Source of the DNA: a virus | Length of the DNA stretch: 64,000 nucleotides | IMG/VR virus record: IMGVR_UViG_3300035169_000077 | Span: 1-64,000 of that record | Reading direction: 5' to 3' (one strand) | Part shown: positions 28,301 to 37,353 of the stretch, in pieces | How positions within the stretch are numbered: position 1 is the stretch's first letter | Layout of the letters: every line of letters begins with the position of its first letter | The notes under the pieces: generated by a model | What the model was told of the DNA's origin: nothing | What the model saw: only the letters and a program-made list of their open reading frames with translations | The model's database searches: none | Position numbers and translations under genes: made by a program

Positions 28301-28559
28301 CGGGACCTCCATGGTGGCCTCGGCGTCGCACAGGCTCGCCGGCGCGGTATCCCTCGGAGCGGGAGGCGGGATCGGGAGCGTCCCGGCACTGTCGGCGATC
28401 TCGGCCGGCCGCGGCGCCGGGGGCGGCGGGAACATCATCATCGACGTCCACGACAACACGGTGATGTCGGACGCGGACATCAACAAGCTGGTCGCCAAGG
28501 TCGGCACGGTCGTCGCCAGCAAGACGCTGCCCCAGGCGGGCGTTCGTGTCAGGTACTGA
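25335..28559 (+). CDS. tape measure protein
   Basis: 1074 aa, Ala-rich helical, TP901-type core, W-spaced repeats, LPFSPAKKGPLSG. Confidence 0.95.
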   Translation: MSAESFTVLAILEARDRASEIFAKVDESLDKFSETATKAGETAKVAGTSIDESLLKTASGADALDVASARVAGAQEKATRSAEAQAEAEKNLVEVHKASAAAADDDVAAQYRLMEADQKMTLAARENAKAQKELSSAQKLQADTAAAAAAKDNLAAAGQKKVSDSAKSSAIGLGTVGKVAGVTALAMGVAGALMVKAAGNFQDSTTHLVTDAGESAKNLGMVQAGILQVSTATGTSAASITDAMYHIESGGFHAASGLALLKTAAEGARVGGADLDTVSKTLVSTMNAYGLSSKNATVQQQMATGVMNQLIATVSRGDMRMQDLASSLSSVAPLAAAAHIQFSQVGGAIATMTAQGMTAQQATQDLSNTIRNLSNPNNVAIAEMNQLGISSNDVAQHLGQRGLTGTIGILTKAILDHMGKSGQVMMSAFTQSTTAGQDLQVMLQSMPAPFRAMAQGFAAGKVSAADWAKELKAQTPVNAHLMSQFATLYEKSHSFNSILAKGGPAAQTYTAALAKMMGGATGLNTALMLTGKNASVFAGNAAAIAAAAKKGGTEVDNWSTIQGTFNFKLASAKTAAENTGIAIGSALLPAATALLSAITSIVEPIAEWTAKHKTLTEVLFAGVAALAATVAILIGLKKAYDAVKTAVTVVTDTYKAVEKWATRAAATQEAAAGEAAVAQETAAEESATAQEGSALRSSAAWVASGARAVASAVASAATTAAAWAASAASGVASAAVWVAGAIAKVAIMVAANVAGAAVTMAAWIVANAAMLLGIGLLIAVVVAAVILIVKNWSKISAFAKKAFDDVVDAVKVAINWVKSHWPLLLAILTGPIGLAVYAIIKYWHDITAGIAAVVNWVKSHWPLLLAIITGPIGLATLFVVRHWDQIVGGARSMIGDVTGFFTSLPGRILHALGDLGNLLYGAGGRIVQGLINGVMSMVGALANTVSSVVNTIKSYLPFSPAKKGPLSGSGAPRNSGLSIGRQLAEGLAAGTSMVASASHRLAGAVSLGAGGGIGSVPALSAISAGRGAGGGGNIIIDVHDNTVMSDADINKLVAKVGTVVASKTLPQAGVRVRY

Positions 28560-28568
28560 GGGGGGCGC

Positions 28569-29960
28569 ATGGTCGCCCGCCCGAGCCTGACGCTCACCAT
28601 CACCCCGCCCGGCGGCTCCCCGTCTACCTACCAGCAGTACCTCGCCTATGACGGCGCCGAGCAGTCGATGAGCATCACGCAGAACTTCGGCCGCCAGGGC
28701 GACACCGCGACGCTGCCGCTGGTCGACGAGTACTCGGGCAGCCCGCACGTCCGGATCCAGGTCCTGTCCCGGCTGAGCCTGTTCGACAACGTCTGCTCGA
28801 AGACGCTGTTCGCCGGGGTGGTCACCGATCCTGTCCTCTCGGTCACCGGGCCGAACCGCAACGAGTGGGCGCTGTCGTGCACCGACAACACCTTTTACGC
28901 GGACAACGCGATCGTGCACGGCGTGTGGTTCGGGTTCACCGTCGACCAGATCATCATCGCGCTGACCAGGCAGGCGAACTGCGGGATCAGCGCGGTGGCG
29001 GTGCGGGACGGCGGGTTCGTGGCCCCCGGGCCGCAGCTCTCCAGTTTCGTCTTGAACTACACCACGCTCAGTGACGCGTGGCGGAAGCTGGCGACCCTGG
29101 CCGGCCAGGTGACCCCCTACGGGTGGTTCGTGGACGAGTCCCTGAACCTGCACTTCTTCGACGCCAGCAGCGCGGTCGACTCGGGCGTCACCTTCACCAC
29201 CGCCCCCACCGTGGGCGGGTCGACTACCGAGGGTCATATCGTCCTCGACAGCCAGAACGCCTACGAGTGGGACGGCACCAGCATCAGGAACAGGATCCTG
29301 GTGCAGGGCGCGACCCAGACGGTCACCAACGCCTTCACGGCCACTAAGACGCCCAGCCCGACGGATACCTGGCGGGCTGACGGCACCCAGATGGCGTGGC
29401 CGCTGCGGGGCAGCCTGTCCGGCTCGCCGACGCTGAAAGCCGGCGGCGTGCTCACCAGCGTCACCGTGGTCACCGGGGGCGGCACCGCGTCCGGGCCGTG
29501 GGTCGCCGAGCAGAACGCCATCGGGCAATGGTTCCTGGTCGCCTCGTCACCGCCAGGCGCGGGAACGCTGCTCCAGTTCTGGTACAACTACCAGGTCCCG
29601 GTCGTGGCCGCCGCGAACGACTACGCGAGCCAGTCAACGTACGCGGGGCCGAACAACGGGATCTTCTCCGAGTTCATCAGCGACACGTCCCTGACCACGG
29701 CGCCGATGGCACTGGCGAGGGCGCAGCAGTCACGCGCCGAGTACGCGTTCGCCGCCGAGCGGGCCACGTTCAACAGCTCCGAGGACTTCCTCGGCTGGGT
29801 CCGCGCGGGGGACACCTTCACCTACGTCAACCAGTTCATCCCGGACAGCCAGCGGTCATGGGCGCTCGGGGTGAATGACACGTTCATCGTGACGGCCAAT
29901 CAGGTCGCCTTCGGCACGGGCGGCTACCGGGAGATGCAGGTAACCGCCGTGCGGCTGTGA
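28569..29960 (+). CDS. minor tail protein (hub/baseplate)
   Basis: Follows the TMP; LFAGVV, WFVDE.L.LHFF, IRNRILVQG. Confidence 0.75.
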   Translation: MVARPSLTLTITPPGGSPSTYQQYLAYDGAEQSMSITQNFGRQGDTATLPLVDEYSGSPHVRIQVLSRLSLFDNVCSKTLFAGVVTDPVLSVTGPNRNEWALSCTDNTFYADNAIVHGVWFGFTVDQIIIALTRQANCGISAVAVRDGGFVAPGPQLSSFVLNYTTLSDAWRKLATLAGQVTPYGWFVDESLNLHFFDASSAVDSGVTFTTAPTVGGSTTEGHIVLDSQNAYEWDGTSIRNRILVQGATQTVTNAFTATKTPSPTDTWRADGTQMAWPLRGSLSGSPTLKAGGVLTSVTVVTGGGTASGPWVAEQNAIGQWFLVASSPPGAGTLLQFWYNYQVPVVAAANDYASQSTYAGPNNGIFSEFISDTSLTTAPMALARAQQSRAEYAFAAERATFNSSEDFLGWVRAGDTFTYVNQFIPDSQRSWALGVNDTFIVTANQVAFGTGGYREMQVTAVRL

Positions 29961-29969
29961 GGGGGCGCG

Positions 29970-30179
29970 ATGCCCGGCGTGTACCGCCCGTATTCGCTAG
30001 CTGATGTTCTCGGCACGATGCAGCAGCAGGCCCTCGGCAACACCGACACCAGCGTCAGCGGCCTCGGGTCCCTCGCCGAGGCCGATGAGACGGTAGCGCT
30101 CGCCGATTCGGCGACCGGTACGGCAGCGGTAAACCCTGCGTACGATGCGGGTACCTGGGGGGCGGTCGTTTGGAGCTAG
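29970..30179 (+). CDS. small tail protein
   Basis: Ends YDAGTWGAVVWS; operon context. Confidence 0.55.
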   Translation: MPGVYRPYSLADVLGTMQQQALGNTDTSVSGLGSLAEADETVALADSATGTAAVNPAYDAGTWGAVVWS

Positions 30180-30697
30180 CCGCCAGCGATGGCCTCCGCA
30201 TCAGGGGGCGCCTGTCCCTGGCCGCGATCCGCCCGGACGGCACCATCCGCGACCAGCGCAGCGGCGGCAACGTCATGTGCACGAACGGCTTCTCGGTCCT
30301 CGCCGCGGCCCTCGTGTGGTCCGGGATGCAGGACCAGGCGGCCAGCCTGGGCGTGACCAGCCCGGTGTACCTCACGCCGCTTTACGGGGCGGTCGGCTCC
30401 GGCGGCGGCACCCCGCTGAAGTCCGACACGGCCTTGTTCGCCGAGCTGGGACGCCAGACGGTAGGCGCGGGGGCGTCCAGCCCGGCGACCCCGAGCATCG
30501 CGGCTGAGGCCACGTGGCTCTTTTACTTCCCGCAGCCGTCCGTCACATGGACGGTGACCGAGGCGGGGCTGTTCGCCGGCGCGACCTCGGCCGCCGGGTC
30601 CGGGACCATGGTCGATCACTGGGCGTTCTCGCCCTCCATAACAGTGCCCACCACGGACACGCTGCTTTGCCAGGTGTCGCTGGCGCTCGGGCCTTAG
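30170..30697 (+). CDS. minor tail/baseplate protein
   Basis: N.MC.NG, AVGSG, DTALFAELGR, VTEAGLF motifs. Confidence 0.7.
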   Translation: MELAASDGLRIRGRLSLAAIRPDGTIRDQRSGGNVMCTNGFSVLAAALVWSGMQDQAASLGVTSPVYLTPLYGAVGSGGGTPLKSDTALFAELGRQTVGAGASSPATPSIAAEATWLFYFPQPSVTWTVTEAGLFAGATSAAGSGTMVDHWAFSPSITVPTTDTLLCQVSLALGP

Positions 30698-30710
30698 GCG
30701 GGGTGACCTT

Positions 30711-31439
30711 ATGCCCCCCTCCTGGCAGGCCGCCACCGCAGGCTTCAGCGCCCTGGCCGGCCACGTCAACCAGTTCCTGGCCACTCACGCCGTCACCTAC
30801 GTGTACACGGGGTCGCAGACGGCGGCCCAGTCCACTGCCGGGTCCGGCGGGGTGGCGAGCAACGGCACCTGGATAGCCCAGTCGTTCAGCACGGCAGGCG
30901 GGCAGACGACAACCGGGTACGTGATCGTGACCGCGAAGGTCACCCTCAGCCCGGCCCCGTGGGTGGTCAGCATCCAGGCGAACAGCGCGGGTGCTCCTTC
31001 CGGGACGCCGCTGGTCTCGGCTGCGGTCCCGAAGGAGTTCCTCACCTCGAGCGCGGCTGCGCAGGCGGTCATGCTGCCGGTAACCGGGCTGACCGCGTCC
31101 ACGACGTACTGGATTGTCGCCAATGCCGTGGGCGATGCCAGCAACTTCTTCACCTGGAGCAAGTCCAACCAGGTCACGGGGACCTCTACCAGCACGAACG
31201 GCTCGACGTGGACCCCGCAGGCGTTCGGGATGCTCTACAAGGTCTTCGACGCCACCCCGGTCATGCCGCTGGCCGGCACGTGGGAGGACTCCGCCGCCCG
31301 CTGGACGGCCCTCGGCTACAACGGCTCCGGGGCGCTGACCAGCATCGAGGAGTACACGGCAGGCCAGGCGGCGAACGGCTACACGGCATCCTCCCGCGCC
31401 CTCACCTACGCGAATACCCTGCTGACGGGAGTGGCCTGA
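30711..31439 (+). CDS. minor tail protein
   Basis: IAQSFST, LTASTTYWIV beta-sandwich pattern. Confidence 0.65.
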   Translation: MPPSWQAATAGFSALAGHVNQFLATHAVTYVYTGSQTAAQSTAGSGGVASNGTWIAQSFSTAGGQTTTGYVIVTAKVTLSPAPWVVSIQANSAGAPSGTPLVSAAVPKEFLTSSAAAQAVMLPVTGLTASTTYWIVANAVGDASNFFTWSKSNQVTGTSTSTNGSTWTPQAFGMLYKVFDATPVMPLAGTWEDSAARWTALGYNGSGALTSIEEYTAGQAANGYTASSRALTYANTLLTGVA

Positions 31440-31440
31440 G

Positions 31441-31923
31441 ATGGCGTCGTCGCTTGAGCTGCTGCTCCTCGCGCAGCAGTCGGTAACCGACACGCAGGTC
31501 CTGAACTCCGTCACCCTCGTCAACTCGGCGACCATGGCGACGCTGCTGACGGCCCCGGTAGCGGCCGGGGCCGGCGGGTACTACCTGCGTGCCCTCGTCG
31601 GCGCGGATGCCCTCGCGGCGGCGGGCACCATGCAGATGGAGCTGACCACCGGGGGGTCCGGGGCGGTCGTGTCGCAGGCCGGGTACGGGTTCTATTACCT
31701 CGGCGGGGCCGTCGACCCCGCGACGACGTGGAAGACGACGACCGGGGTCACGTTCAACGGCCCGACGATGGCGGGCAGCGGCACGTTCTACCAGCTCGTC
31801 CTGGAGGGGTGGATCGCCTTCTCCACGGGCGGGTCGCTGTCCCTGCAGGTGGCGACGTCGAACGCGTCGGACACGTGGAACGCCCAGCCGGGATCGCTGT
31901 TCACGCTGCGGCCCCTCCCGTGA
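31441..31923 (+). CDS. minor tail protein
   Basis: Beta-rich; GSLSLQ.A...PGS ending. Confidence 0.6.
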   Translation: MASSLELLLLAQQSVTDTQVLNSVTLVNSATMATLLTAPVAAGAGGYYLRALVGADALAAAGTMQMELTTGGSGAVVSQAGYGFYYLGGAVDPATTWKTTTGVTFNGPTMAGSGTFYQLVLEGWIAFSTGGSLSLQVATSNASDTWNAQPGSLFTLRPLP

Positions 31924-33797
31924 CCACCCCGATCGCTGACCCCTCGTGGCTCGCGGCGCGCTGCGGGCTGCCGGGTGACACGACGGCGGTCAACCATGCC
32001 GCGCAGGTGGCGCAGTTCCTCGCCGCCCACGGCATCACCTGCGTCTACGCGGGGAACCGGGCGTGGACGGTCGCGTCAACGGGAAGCTCAGCCGGCACCC
32101 AGTTCTTCTGGATCGACCCGGCGAACCTGGGCAGTGCCATCGGCTGGCTGCCGGATTACGACGTCGACCAGCCGGTGATCCTGCCGGGCGGCGTCACCGC
32201 GATAGGCCGCGTCGAAGTCGCCGTGCAGGCTATCGGGGCTGGCGCGGACCTGAAGGTCACCCTGTACCCGGACAACGGCTCCGGCGCCCCCGATACGGGC
32301 AGCCCGATTGTCAGCGCGACGGTTCCCGCCGCGCACCTGCTCGCCCTGGCCGCGGCGGGCAGCCTCGCCTCCGCCGGGCCGCTGGCCACCTCACGGTCCA
32401 ACACGGTGCTGCCCGGCCCCGACACGACCTTCGCGTGGACGCAGCCCGCGGTGTCCGTCAACGGCGCCGCGACGTTCGCGACCCCGGTCACGTCGGGGAA
32501 CTGGACGCTGTTCCTCGGCGGGTTCGACGCGACGGCCACCGCGGCGTCCGCGATGGTCTCCTCCGTGCAGTACCTCGGAGGCGGGGCGGTCTCCGGGGCG
32601 ATCCCGCAGCAGTCCCTGCCGCAGGCGGCCTGGTACTCGGCGGCGTGCGCTACCGCGGACGCCATCGTGGTGGCCGGCGGCACCAACCAGGCCTCGGCGC
32701 ACTTCGCGTCCGTGTGGACGGCGCCGTGGGATCCCGTGGCGGGCACCCTCGGGGCGTGGTCGGCTCAGCAGTCCCTCCCGGCGGCGTCCGTCAATGCCGG
32801 GATGGCCGCATGGAACGACACGGTCTACGTGGCCGGCGGGTCGACGGACGGCACGAACGCCAGCGCCGTGAACACCGTGTGGTGGGCCGCCGAGCAGAAC
32901 GGGCAGGTCACCGCCTGGTCGCAAGGGCCCCCGCTCCCCGTGCCGGTCATCAAGCCGTACGTCGCCGTCGTCGGCGACTGGCTGATCGCGGCTGGCGGCC
33001 TGAACGCGGCGGGCACCGCGCTCACCGCCACCTGGTACTCGGCTATCGCCGCCGACGGCACCCCGGGGGCATGGCAGCCAGGCCCGGCGCTCCCCGATCC
33101 CGCCTACGCGTTCGCCCCGAACTGGAACCTCCTCGCCACCGACAGCGCCGTCATCATCATCTCCGGGACCACCACCGGGGGCGCCGCGTCGTTCTGCACG
33201 CAGGTCCTGTCGGTTAGCGCGGACGGCCCGGCGCCGGAGTGGCAGCTGCTGGACTACACGCTGGCGACGTCCTTCGGCGAGTACCAGGTCGCCGCCTACC
33301 CGTCGGGCGGCGCCGGGGAGTGGGAGGCGTTCGGCTTCCAGCCGGCGTCCTACTCGTCCGCGGCCCTGCTCCCGGTGCCGCTGATCTCGGTCCCGCTGCC
33401 CGCCTCCGGCCTCACCCCCGGGAGCACCTACCACCTGGTGTTCCATCAGTCCGGCGGCGACGCGCTGAACAACTACGTTCAGCTCGGCGAGCTGGGGGCC
33501 GCGACGCCCCCCGCGCCGTGGCTGTACTCCGTCCGGGGCTCCGGCGGCCCGTGGGTGTCCCACGCTAACCGGGCGGTCTGCCTGAGCGTCTACGACCAGG
33601 CCCCCGGGGGGCCGGTGCTGCACCTGCACGAGGACGCCGGGGCGAAGGTCACGACCCTCGTGAACGCCTCAGCGTCGGGGTACCTGATCGGGGCGTGCGA
33701 GGGCACGGCGTTCGCGGACGGGACGATCCTCGCCGCCGTCACCCAGGTCACCTATGACACGGCGGGGCTTCCGTCCGGGACCGTCCAGCTCGCCTGA
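31920..33797 (+). CDS. Kelch-repeat (beta-propeller) tail protein, candidate receptor-binding protein
   Basis: Repeats LFLGG, IVVAGG, VYVAGG, LIAAGG, IIISG, mostly followed by W....LP. Confidence 0.75.
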   Translation: MTTPIADPSWLAARCGLPGDTTAVNHAAQVAQFLAAHGITCVYAGNRAWTVASTGSSAGTQFFWIDPANLGSAIGWLPDYDVDQPVILPGGVTAIGRVEVAVQAIGAGADLKVTLYPDNGSGAPDTGSPIVSATVPAAHLLALAAAGSLASAGPLATSRSNTVLPGPDTTFAWTQPAVSVNGAATFATPVTSGNWTLFLGGFDATATAASAMVSSVQYLGGGAVSGAIPQQSLPQAAWYSAACATADAIVVAGGTNQASAHFASVWTAPWDPVAGTLGAWSAQQSLPAASVNAGMAAWNDTVYVAGGSTDGTNASAVNTVWWAAEQNGQVTAWSQGPPLPVPVIKPYVAVVGDWLIAAGGLNAAGTALTATWYSAIAADGTPGAWQPGPALPDPAYAFAPNWNLLATDSAVIIISGTTTGGAASFCTQVLSVSADGPAPEWQLLDYTLATSFGEYQVAAYPSGGAGEWEAFGFQPASYSSAALLPVPLISVPLPASGLTPGSTYHLVFHQSGGDALNNYVQLGELGAATPPAPWLYSVRGSGGPWVSHANRAVCLSVYDQAPGGPVLHLHEDAGAKVTTLVNASASGYLIGACEGTAFADGTILAAVTQVTYDTAGLPSGTVQLA

Positions 33798-33962
33798 CGC
33801 CGGGGAAGGGCCGGGGCCGGGCAGATCGCGGCCTCAACGCCGGTCCTCGCGGGCGTCCACCCGCGCACCCGCCTTCTGCCGTGGGGCGTAACGGCCACGG
33901 CCCCTGGCCGCGACGTGGACGCGCCGGGGCCACGGAAAGCTTACGCGGGAGGTGCCCGCCCC

Positions 33963-34214
33963 GTGGACTCCGCCCTGATGAGCGTGCTCACGGGCAGCGG
34001 GGTAGCGGGCCTGTTCTGCATCCTTTTCATCATCGGGCTGGTCATACCGAAGCATGTCTATGACGACCTGCGGGCCGAGAACGCGGAGCTGAAGGCCGAG
34101 CGGAAGGCCGAGCGGGACCGGGCCGACGCCGCAGTCGCAGCGGCTGAGGCGACCCGGAACATCATGGCGTCGTTCCAGGCCGGCCGGAGCCTCACAGGCG
34201 GCCCTCCGCCGTGA
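33963..34214 (+). CDS. membrane protein with coiled coil (lysis cassette)
   Basis: GGGAGG RBS; one TM, LVIPK.VYD, coiled coil. Confidence 0.65.
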   Translation: MDSALMSVLTGSGVAGLFCILFIIGLVIPKHVYDDLRAENAELKAERKAERDRADAAVAAAEATRNIMASFQAGRSLTGGPPP

Positions 34215-34444
34215 TCCGCGTCATTGCCGTTACCCGGAGGGCCATGAGCGCCTTGTTCCCGTGGCCTGCCCGGAGCGAGCGGAAGGCCGCCATAGCGAAG
34301 GCCCGCGACGGGCGGGAACAGGCCGAGGCCAGGGCCGCCGAAGCGGTCGGCGTAGAGGCGCAGATCAGGCAGATGGCGGCGCAGAACCACTTCGCCCAGG
34401 TGATCGCCGAGCAACTGACGCAGCATCACCGCCGGGAAGCGTAA
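34211..34444 (+). CDS. small lysis-cassette protein
   Basis: QNHFAQ.I motif common in actinophage lysis cassettes; start may be ATG 34244. Confidence 0.55.
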   Translation: MIRVIAVTRRAMSALFPWPARSERKAAIAKARDGREQAEARAAEAVGVEAQIRQMAAQNHFAQVIAEQLTQHHRREA

Positions 34445-34458
34445 GGCAACAGGGGGAA

Positions 34459-34896
34459 ATGAAATTGCTTCGTCGCGTCACATGGCGCAGCTGGGCCGGG
34501 CTTGCCCTGGTCCTCGCCGCCTATATCGGCATGGGCTTCTGGTGGGGATCCAACGGCAACGTAGAGGCTCTCATCTACAAGTGGGGCTTGCTGGCCGCGT
34601 CCGTGGCCCCGTTCGCCCTGATAGCCGTTTACACGGCGTCCCGGAACAAGTGGTGGTCGAACGACCTCGGAACGGCGCTGGTGCAGACGGCGCTGTGCAT
34701 GGTCCCGATCGCGGGCCCGCTGGCTTACGTCTTCTGGGTCGACAACGGGATGCTCACGTCGTCGCTGCTGGCCTGGGTTGAGGTGTCCGGCCCGGTGCTG
34801 TCCACGCTGGCGATGCTGCGGCTCTGCTGGGTGTTCGCGCGTATCCACCGGGACGGCAACGGGCACGGCGGGCCTCGGGGCAACGGTGACGGGTGA
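34459..34896 (+). CDS. putative holin
   Basis: Four hydrophobic segments, Y....KWW.N.LG.AL motif. Confidence 0.65.
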   Translation: MKLLRRVTWRSWAGLALVLAAYIGMGFWWGSNGNVEALIYKWGLLAASVAPFALIAVYTASRNKWWSNDLGTALVQTALCMVPIAGPLAYVFWVDNGMLTSSLLAWVEVSGPVLSTLAMLRLCWVFARIHRDGNGHGGPRGNGDG

Positions 34897-34999
34897 TGCC
34901 CGCCGGGCACTGTGGCCCTTGCTCATCGCCGCCATCACCGTGACAGCGGTAGGGGTGGCAGTCCTCATCGCACTCGTCAGCCACTAGCAAAGGGGCCTG

Positions 35000-35545
35000 A
35001 TGGCACTCGCGGACCTGTCCGTCCTCGCCGCGCGGAAGAACGGCGGCTCGTTCCCCACGGGCTACCCGTCGTCGCCGCTCACGTTCTACAGCCCGGTCGA
35101 CGATCTCCATGGCGCGCTCCTCGACGTGATGAACGCCGCGACGTCCAGCCTGGTCGTGGTGATGTACGGGCTGGATGATGACGAGCTGGTGAAGCTGCTC
35201 CACGAGAAGCTCGACGATGAGCACTGCTTCGTGCAGCTCACCCTCGACTCCTCCCAGGCTGCCGGGAAGCACGAGGCGGCGCTGCTCGCCAAGGACGTCT
35301 TCCCGTCGAACACGGTCGCCATAGGTCGCAGCGAACGGGGCGCGATCATCCACCTGAAAATGGTGGTCGCGGACGGAATCGACGTGATCACGGGGTCGAC
35401 GAACTGGTCAGAGTCCGGGGAGTCGCTACAAGATAATGCCCTGATCATCATCAGGGACGCCCATGTCGCGGCAGAGGCTCGCACTAGAGCGGACATCATT
35501 CACCAGACGATTCTCACGAGGGCCGCTGCCCTGCACGCCTCCTAG
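35000..35545 (+). CDS. phospholipase D-family single-HKD enzyme
   Basis: HLKMVVAD...TGSTNWS (HxKxxxxD...GSxN); SL.V.MY; LTLD. Confidence 0.9.
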   Translation: MALADLSVLAARKNGGSFPTGYPSSPLTFYSPVDDLHGALLDVMNAATSSLVVVMYGLDDDELVKLLHEKLDDEHCFVQLTLDSSQAAGKHEAALLAKDVFPSNTVAIGRSERGAIIHLKMVVADGIDVITGSTNWSESGESLQDNALIIIRDAHVAAEARTRADIIHQTILTRAAALHAS

Positions 35546-36026
35546 CAACTGCCCGCCGCTCGTTCTCCCGCTTGGTCACCGGGTCAAGGTGCTCGGGATT
35601 CACGCATGCCCGGACGCAGCAGAGGTGATCTAGGTGCTTCCCGGTCGGGATCGGGCCGACGTGCTGTTCGTACATCCAGCGGTGCGCCCGGAGGGTCTTG
35701 CCGTCTCGCCGTAGGGCGCCGTAACCGGTTTTGAGCATCGCTCGCGCCCAGATCCAGCAGGGCGTTTCGTAGCCCATGTCTTCGACTCGGTACAGCGGCT
35801 TGGTGTGGATACGCAGGAGTCCTTCGGATATAGCCCGGCGCGCCTCAGGCGAAAAGACCCTGCCGGTACCGGCGTCAGCGATAGCTGCCCGGTGCTCCGG
35901 CGTCAGCGATCGCCCGCGCATCTTCGATGCGCGGAGTTCCCGGATCTCTGGATTGGTCCACTGATGTCCTCGCAGGTAACGACCGCGAGTCGGATGTCCG
36001 CCGCAACCGCAAAGGCAATCTGACAT
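35514..36026 (-). CDS. HNH homing endonuclease (CxCGCG, NUMOD3-like repeats, HNH)
   Basis: CLCGCG; [10 protein letters not shown] and [10 protein letters not shown]; CWIW...GYG...[34 protein letters not shown]. Confidence 0.92.
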   Translation of the reverse strand: MSDCLCGCGGHPTRGRYLRGHQWTNPEIRELRASKMRGRSLTPEHRAAIADAGTGRVFSPEARRAISEGLLRIHTKPLYRVEDMGYETPCWIWARAMLKTGYGALRRDGKTLRAHRWMYEQHVGPIPTGKHLDHLCCVRACVNPEHLDPVTKRENERRAVARRRAGQRPS

Positions 36027-36041
36027 GTCAAAAGCATACCA
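36027..36041 (-). promoter_or_regulatory. extended -10 leaderless promoter of the HNH gene
   Basis: TGG-TATGCT followed by 6 nt and then ATG 36026. Confidence 0.65.
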
Positions 36042-36042
36042 G

Positions 36043-37056
36043 CTAGCCGTCATTCGCAATGCCTTGGTGATCATCAGGGACCCGCACGTGGCCGCTGAGG
36101 CGCGGACGCGGGCGGACATGATCCACCAGCATGTCCTGACGGCCGCGCGCCGGTAACTCCGCCTTGGGCTGCCTGCCCGAAGCCATCAATGCCCGGTCAA
36201 GGCACTCCGCGTAGTCGGGGGCGATCAGGTCGAACGCGGACAGGCCATTGCCGAACCAGTAGTCGTCCCAGTTCGCCGGGTCCATGCGCAGGCCGCCTAG
36301 GCTGCCGCGAAGGCCGGCCATCCCCAGTTCCCACTGCACGGGGCGGGGAAGGCCCCAGAACAGGTCCCGCGCCTCCTGCTCGCGGTGCTCGTCGCGGGCT
36401 TCCTCGTCATGCTGCGCCCATTCTTCCGGGGCCTCCCGCGCCCATTTCGGCCTCAGGTCGGTGCCCTCGGGCGGCTGCCATGCGGCCGCCCTGGGGTTCG
36501 GGAACTGATCGGCCGCCGAGTAGGACAGGACAACCGGCTCGTCATCGCGGGACCGGAGGAACGCGGTCACGTCCTCCCATGACTCATGGCTTGGCCGGCC
36601 GCACCGCTCGCGGTAGCCGGTGTTGCGGCGGAACGTCCCCGCGTCCAGGCCCTCGTCGATCATCTCGGCGAGCCATGCCCGGTCGGCCCCCTCGCACCAG
36701 CAGTGGATCTCAGCCTGCCCGGCGATGCGGGCAGCGAGCCTCAGTGGGTTGTTACTGCCGGCGGCTGCCATCGCGGTGTTCAGCAGCAGCGTGAGCGAGT
36801 CGATCTCGCAGCCCTTCCACCACAGGACAGGCTCCGAGATGCGCAGCAGCGTCTCTACCGACTTCAGCCACGCGTCATCGTCACGGAACCGCAGCCCCGG
36901 GTAGGGGTCGGGGGCGAGTTCGCGGCACAACGCGATGTGGCTCGGCATGTCGAGCACCGCAAGGGCGGCGTCCTTCACCAGGTTGTGCAGGTGATGGTGC
37001 TCGCCGCCCCAAAGCTCCGCGTCGCCCGACGGCGAGTGAAAGTAGACCCTGCTCAT
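36043..37056 (-). CDS. hypothetical protein
   Basis: ATG 37056 lies 7 nt after TAGGCT; globular sequence. Confidence 0.7.
   Translation of the reverse strand: MSRVYFHSPSGDAELWGGEHHHLHNLVKDAALAVLDMPSHIALCRELAPDPYPGLRFRDDDAWLKSVETLLRISEPVLWWKGCEIDSLTLLLNTAMAAAGSNNPLRLAARIAGQAEIHCWCEGADRAWLAEMIDEGLDAGTFRRNTGYRERCGRPSHESWEDVTAFLRSRDDEPVVLSYSAADQFPNPRAAAWQPPEGTDLRPKWAREAPEEWAQHDEEARDEHREQEARDLFWGLPRPVQWELGMAGLRGSLGGLRMDPANWDDYWFGNGLSAFDLIAPDYAECLDRALMASGRQPKAELPARGRQDMLVDHVRPRPRLSGHVRVPDDHQGIANDG
36058..36156 (+). pseudogene. orphaned second copy of the PLD 3' end
   Basis: [32 protein letters not shown] versus [31 protein letters not shown]; no start codon. Confidence 0.85.
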
Positions 37057-37212
37057 GCCGGCAAGCCTAGGCGTTGAGAAGCGCGTTCGGACGGCTGCGA
37101 CTGCGGGAAGAAGGCGGCACCGGGTGAGCCTCGCTGACGTCCTGTGGGCCGGTGCCGCTCTCCTGGCCCTCGCGGTCCTGACGGCGGTAGCCGACTGGCT
37201 CCGGGGTGGCCT

Positions 37213-37353
37213 GTGACCGCGAACGGCCAGTGGTGGCTCTGCCCCAACGAGCCGCGATGCCCTCACGCCGCCGTGGTGCACGACATCGAGGACTTCGACG
37301 ACGAAACCCCGCGCTGCTGCGCCGAGGGCTGCGACTGCGGAAAGCGGGCCTAG
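37213..37353 (+). CDS. small Cys/His protein
   Basis: C....CPH...HD...CC.EGCDC; coupled starts and stops. Confidence 0.5.
   Translation: MTANGQWWLCPNEPRCPHAAVVHDIEDFDDETPRCCAEGCDCGKRA

Noticed and set aside
36027-36119. ORF-track N-terminal extension of the HNH
   Set aside because: It is the promoter plus the antisense of the orphan PLD tail; ATG 36026 fits the leaderless spacing
35435-36156. PLD duplication as a DGR template/variable repeat or a group I intron
   Set aside because: Differences are mostly synonymous and not adenine-specific, and there is no reverse transcriptase; the upstream gene is complete without splicing and the HNH is antisense
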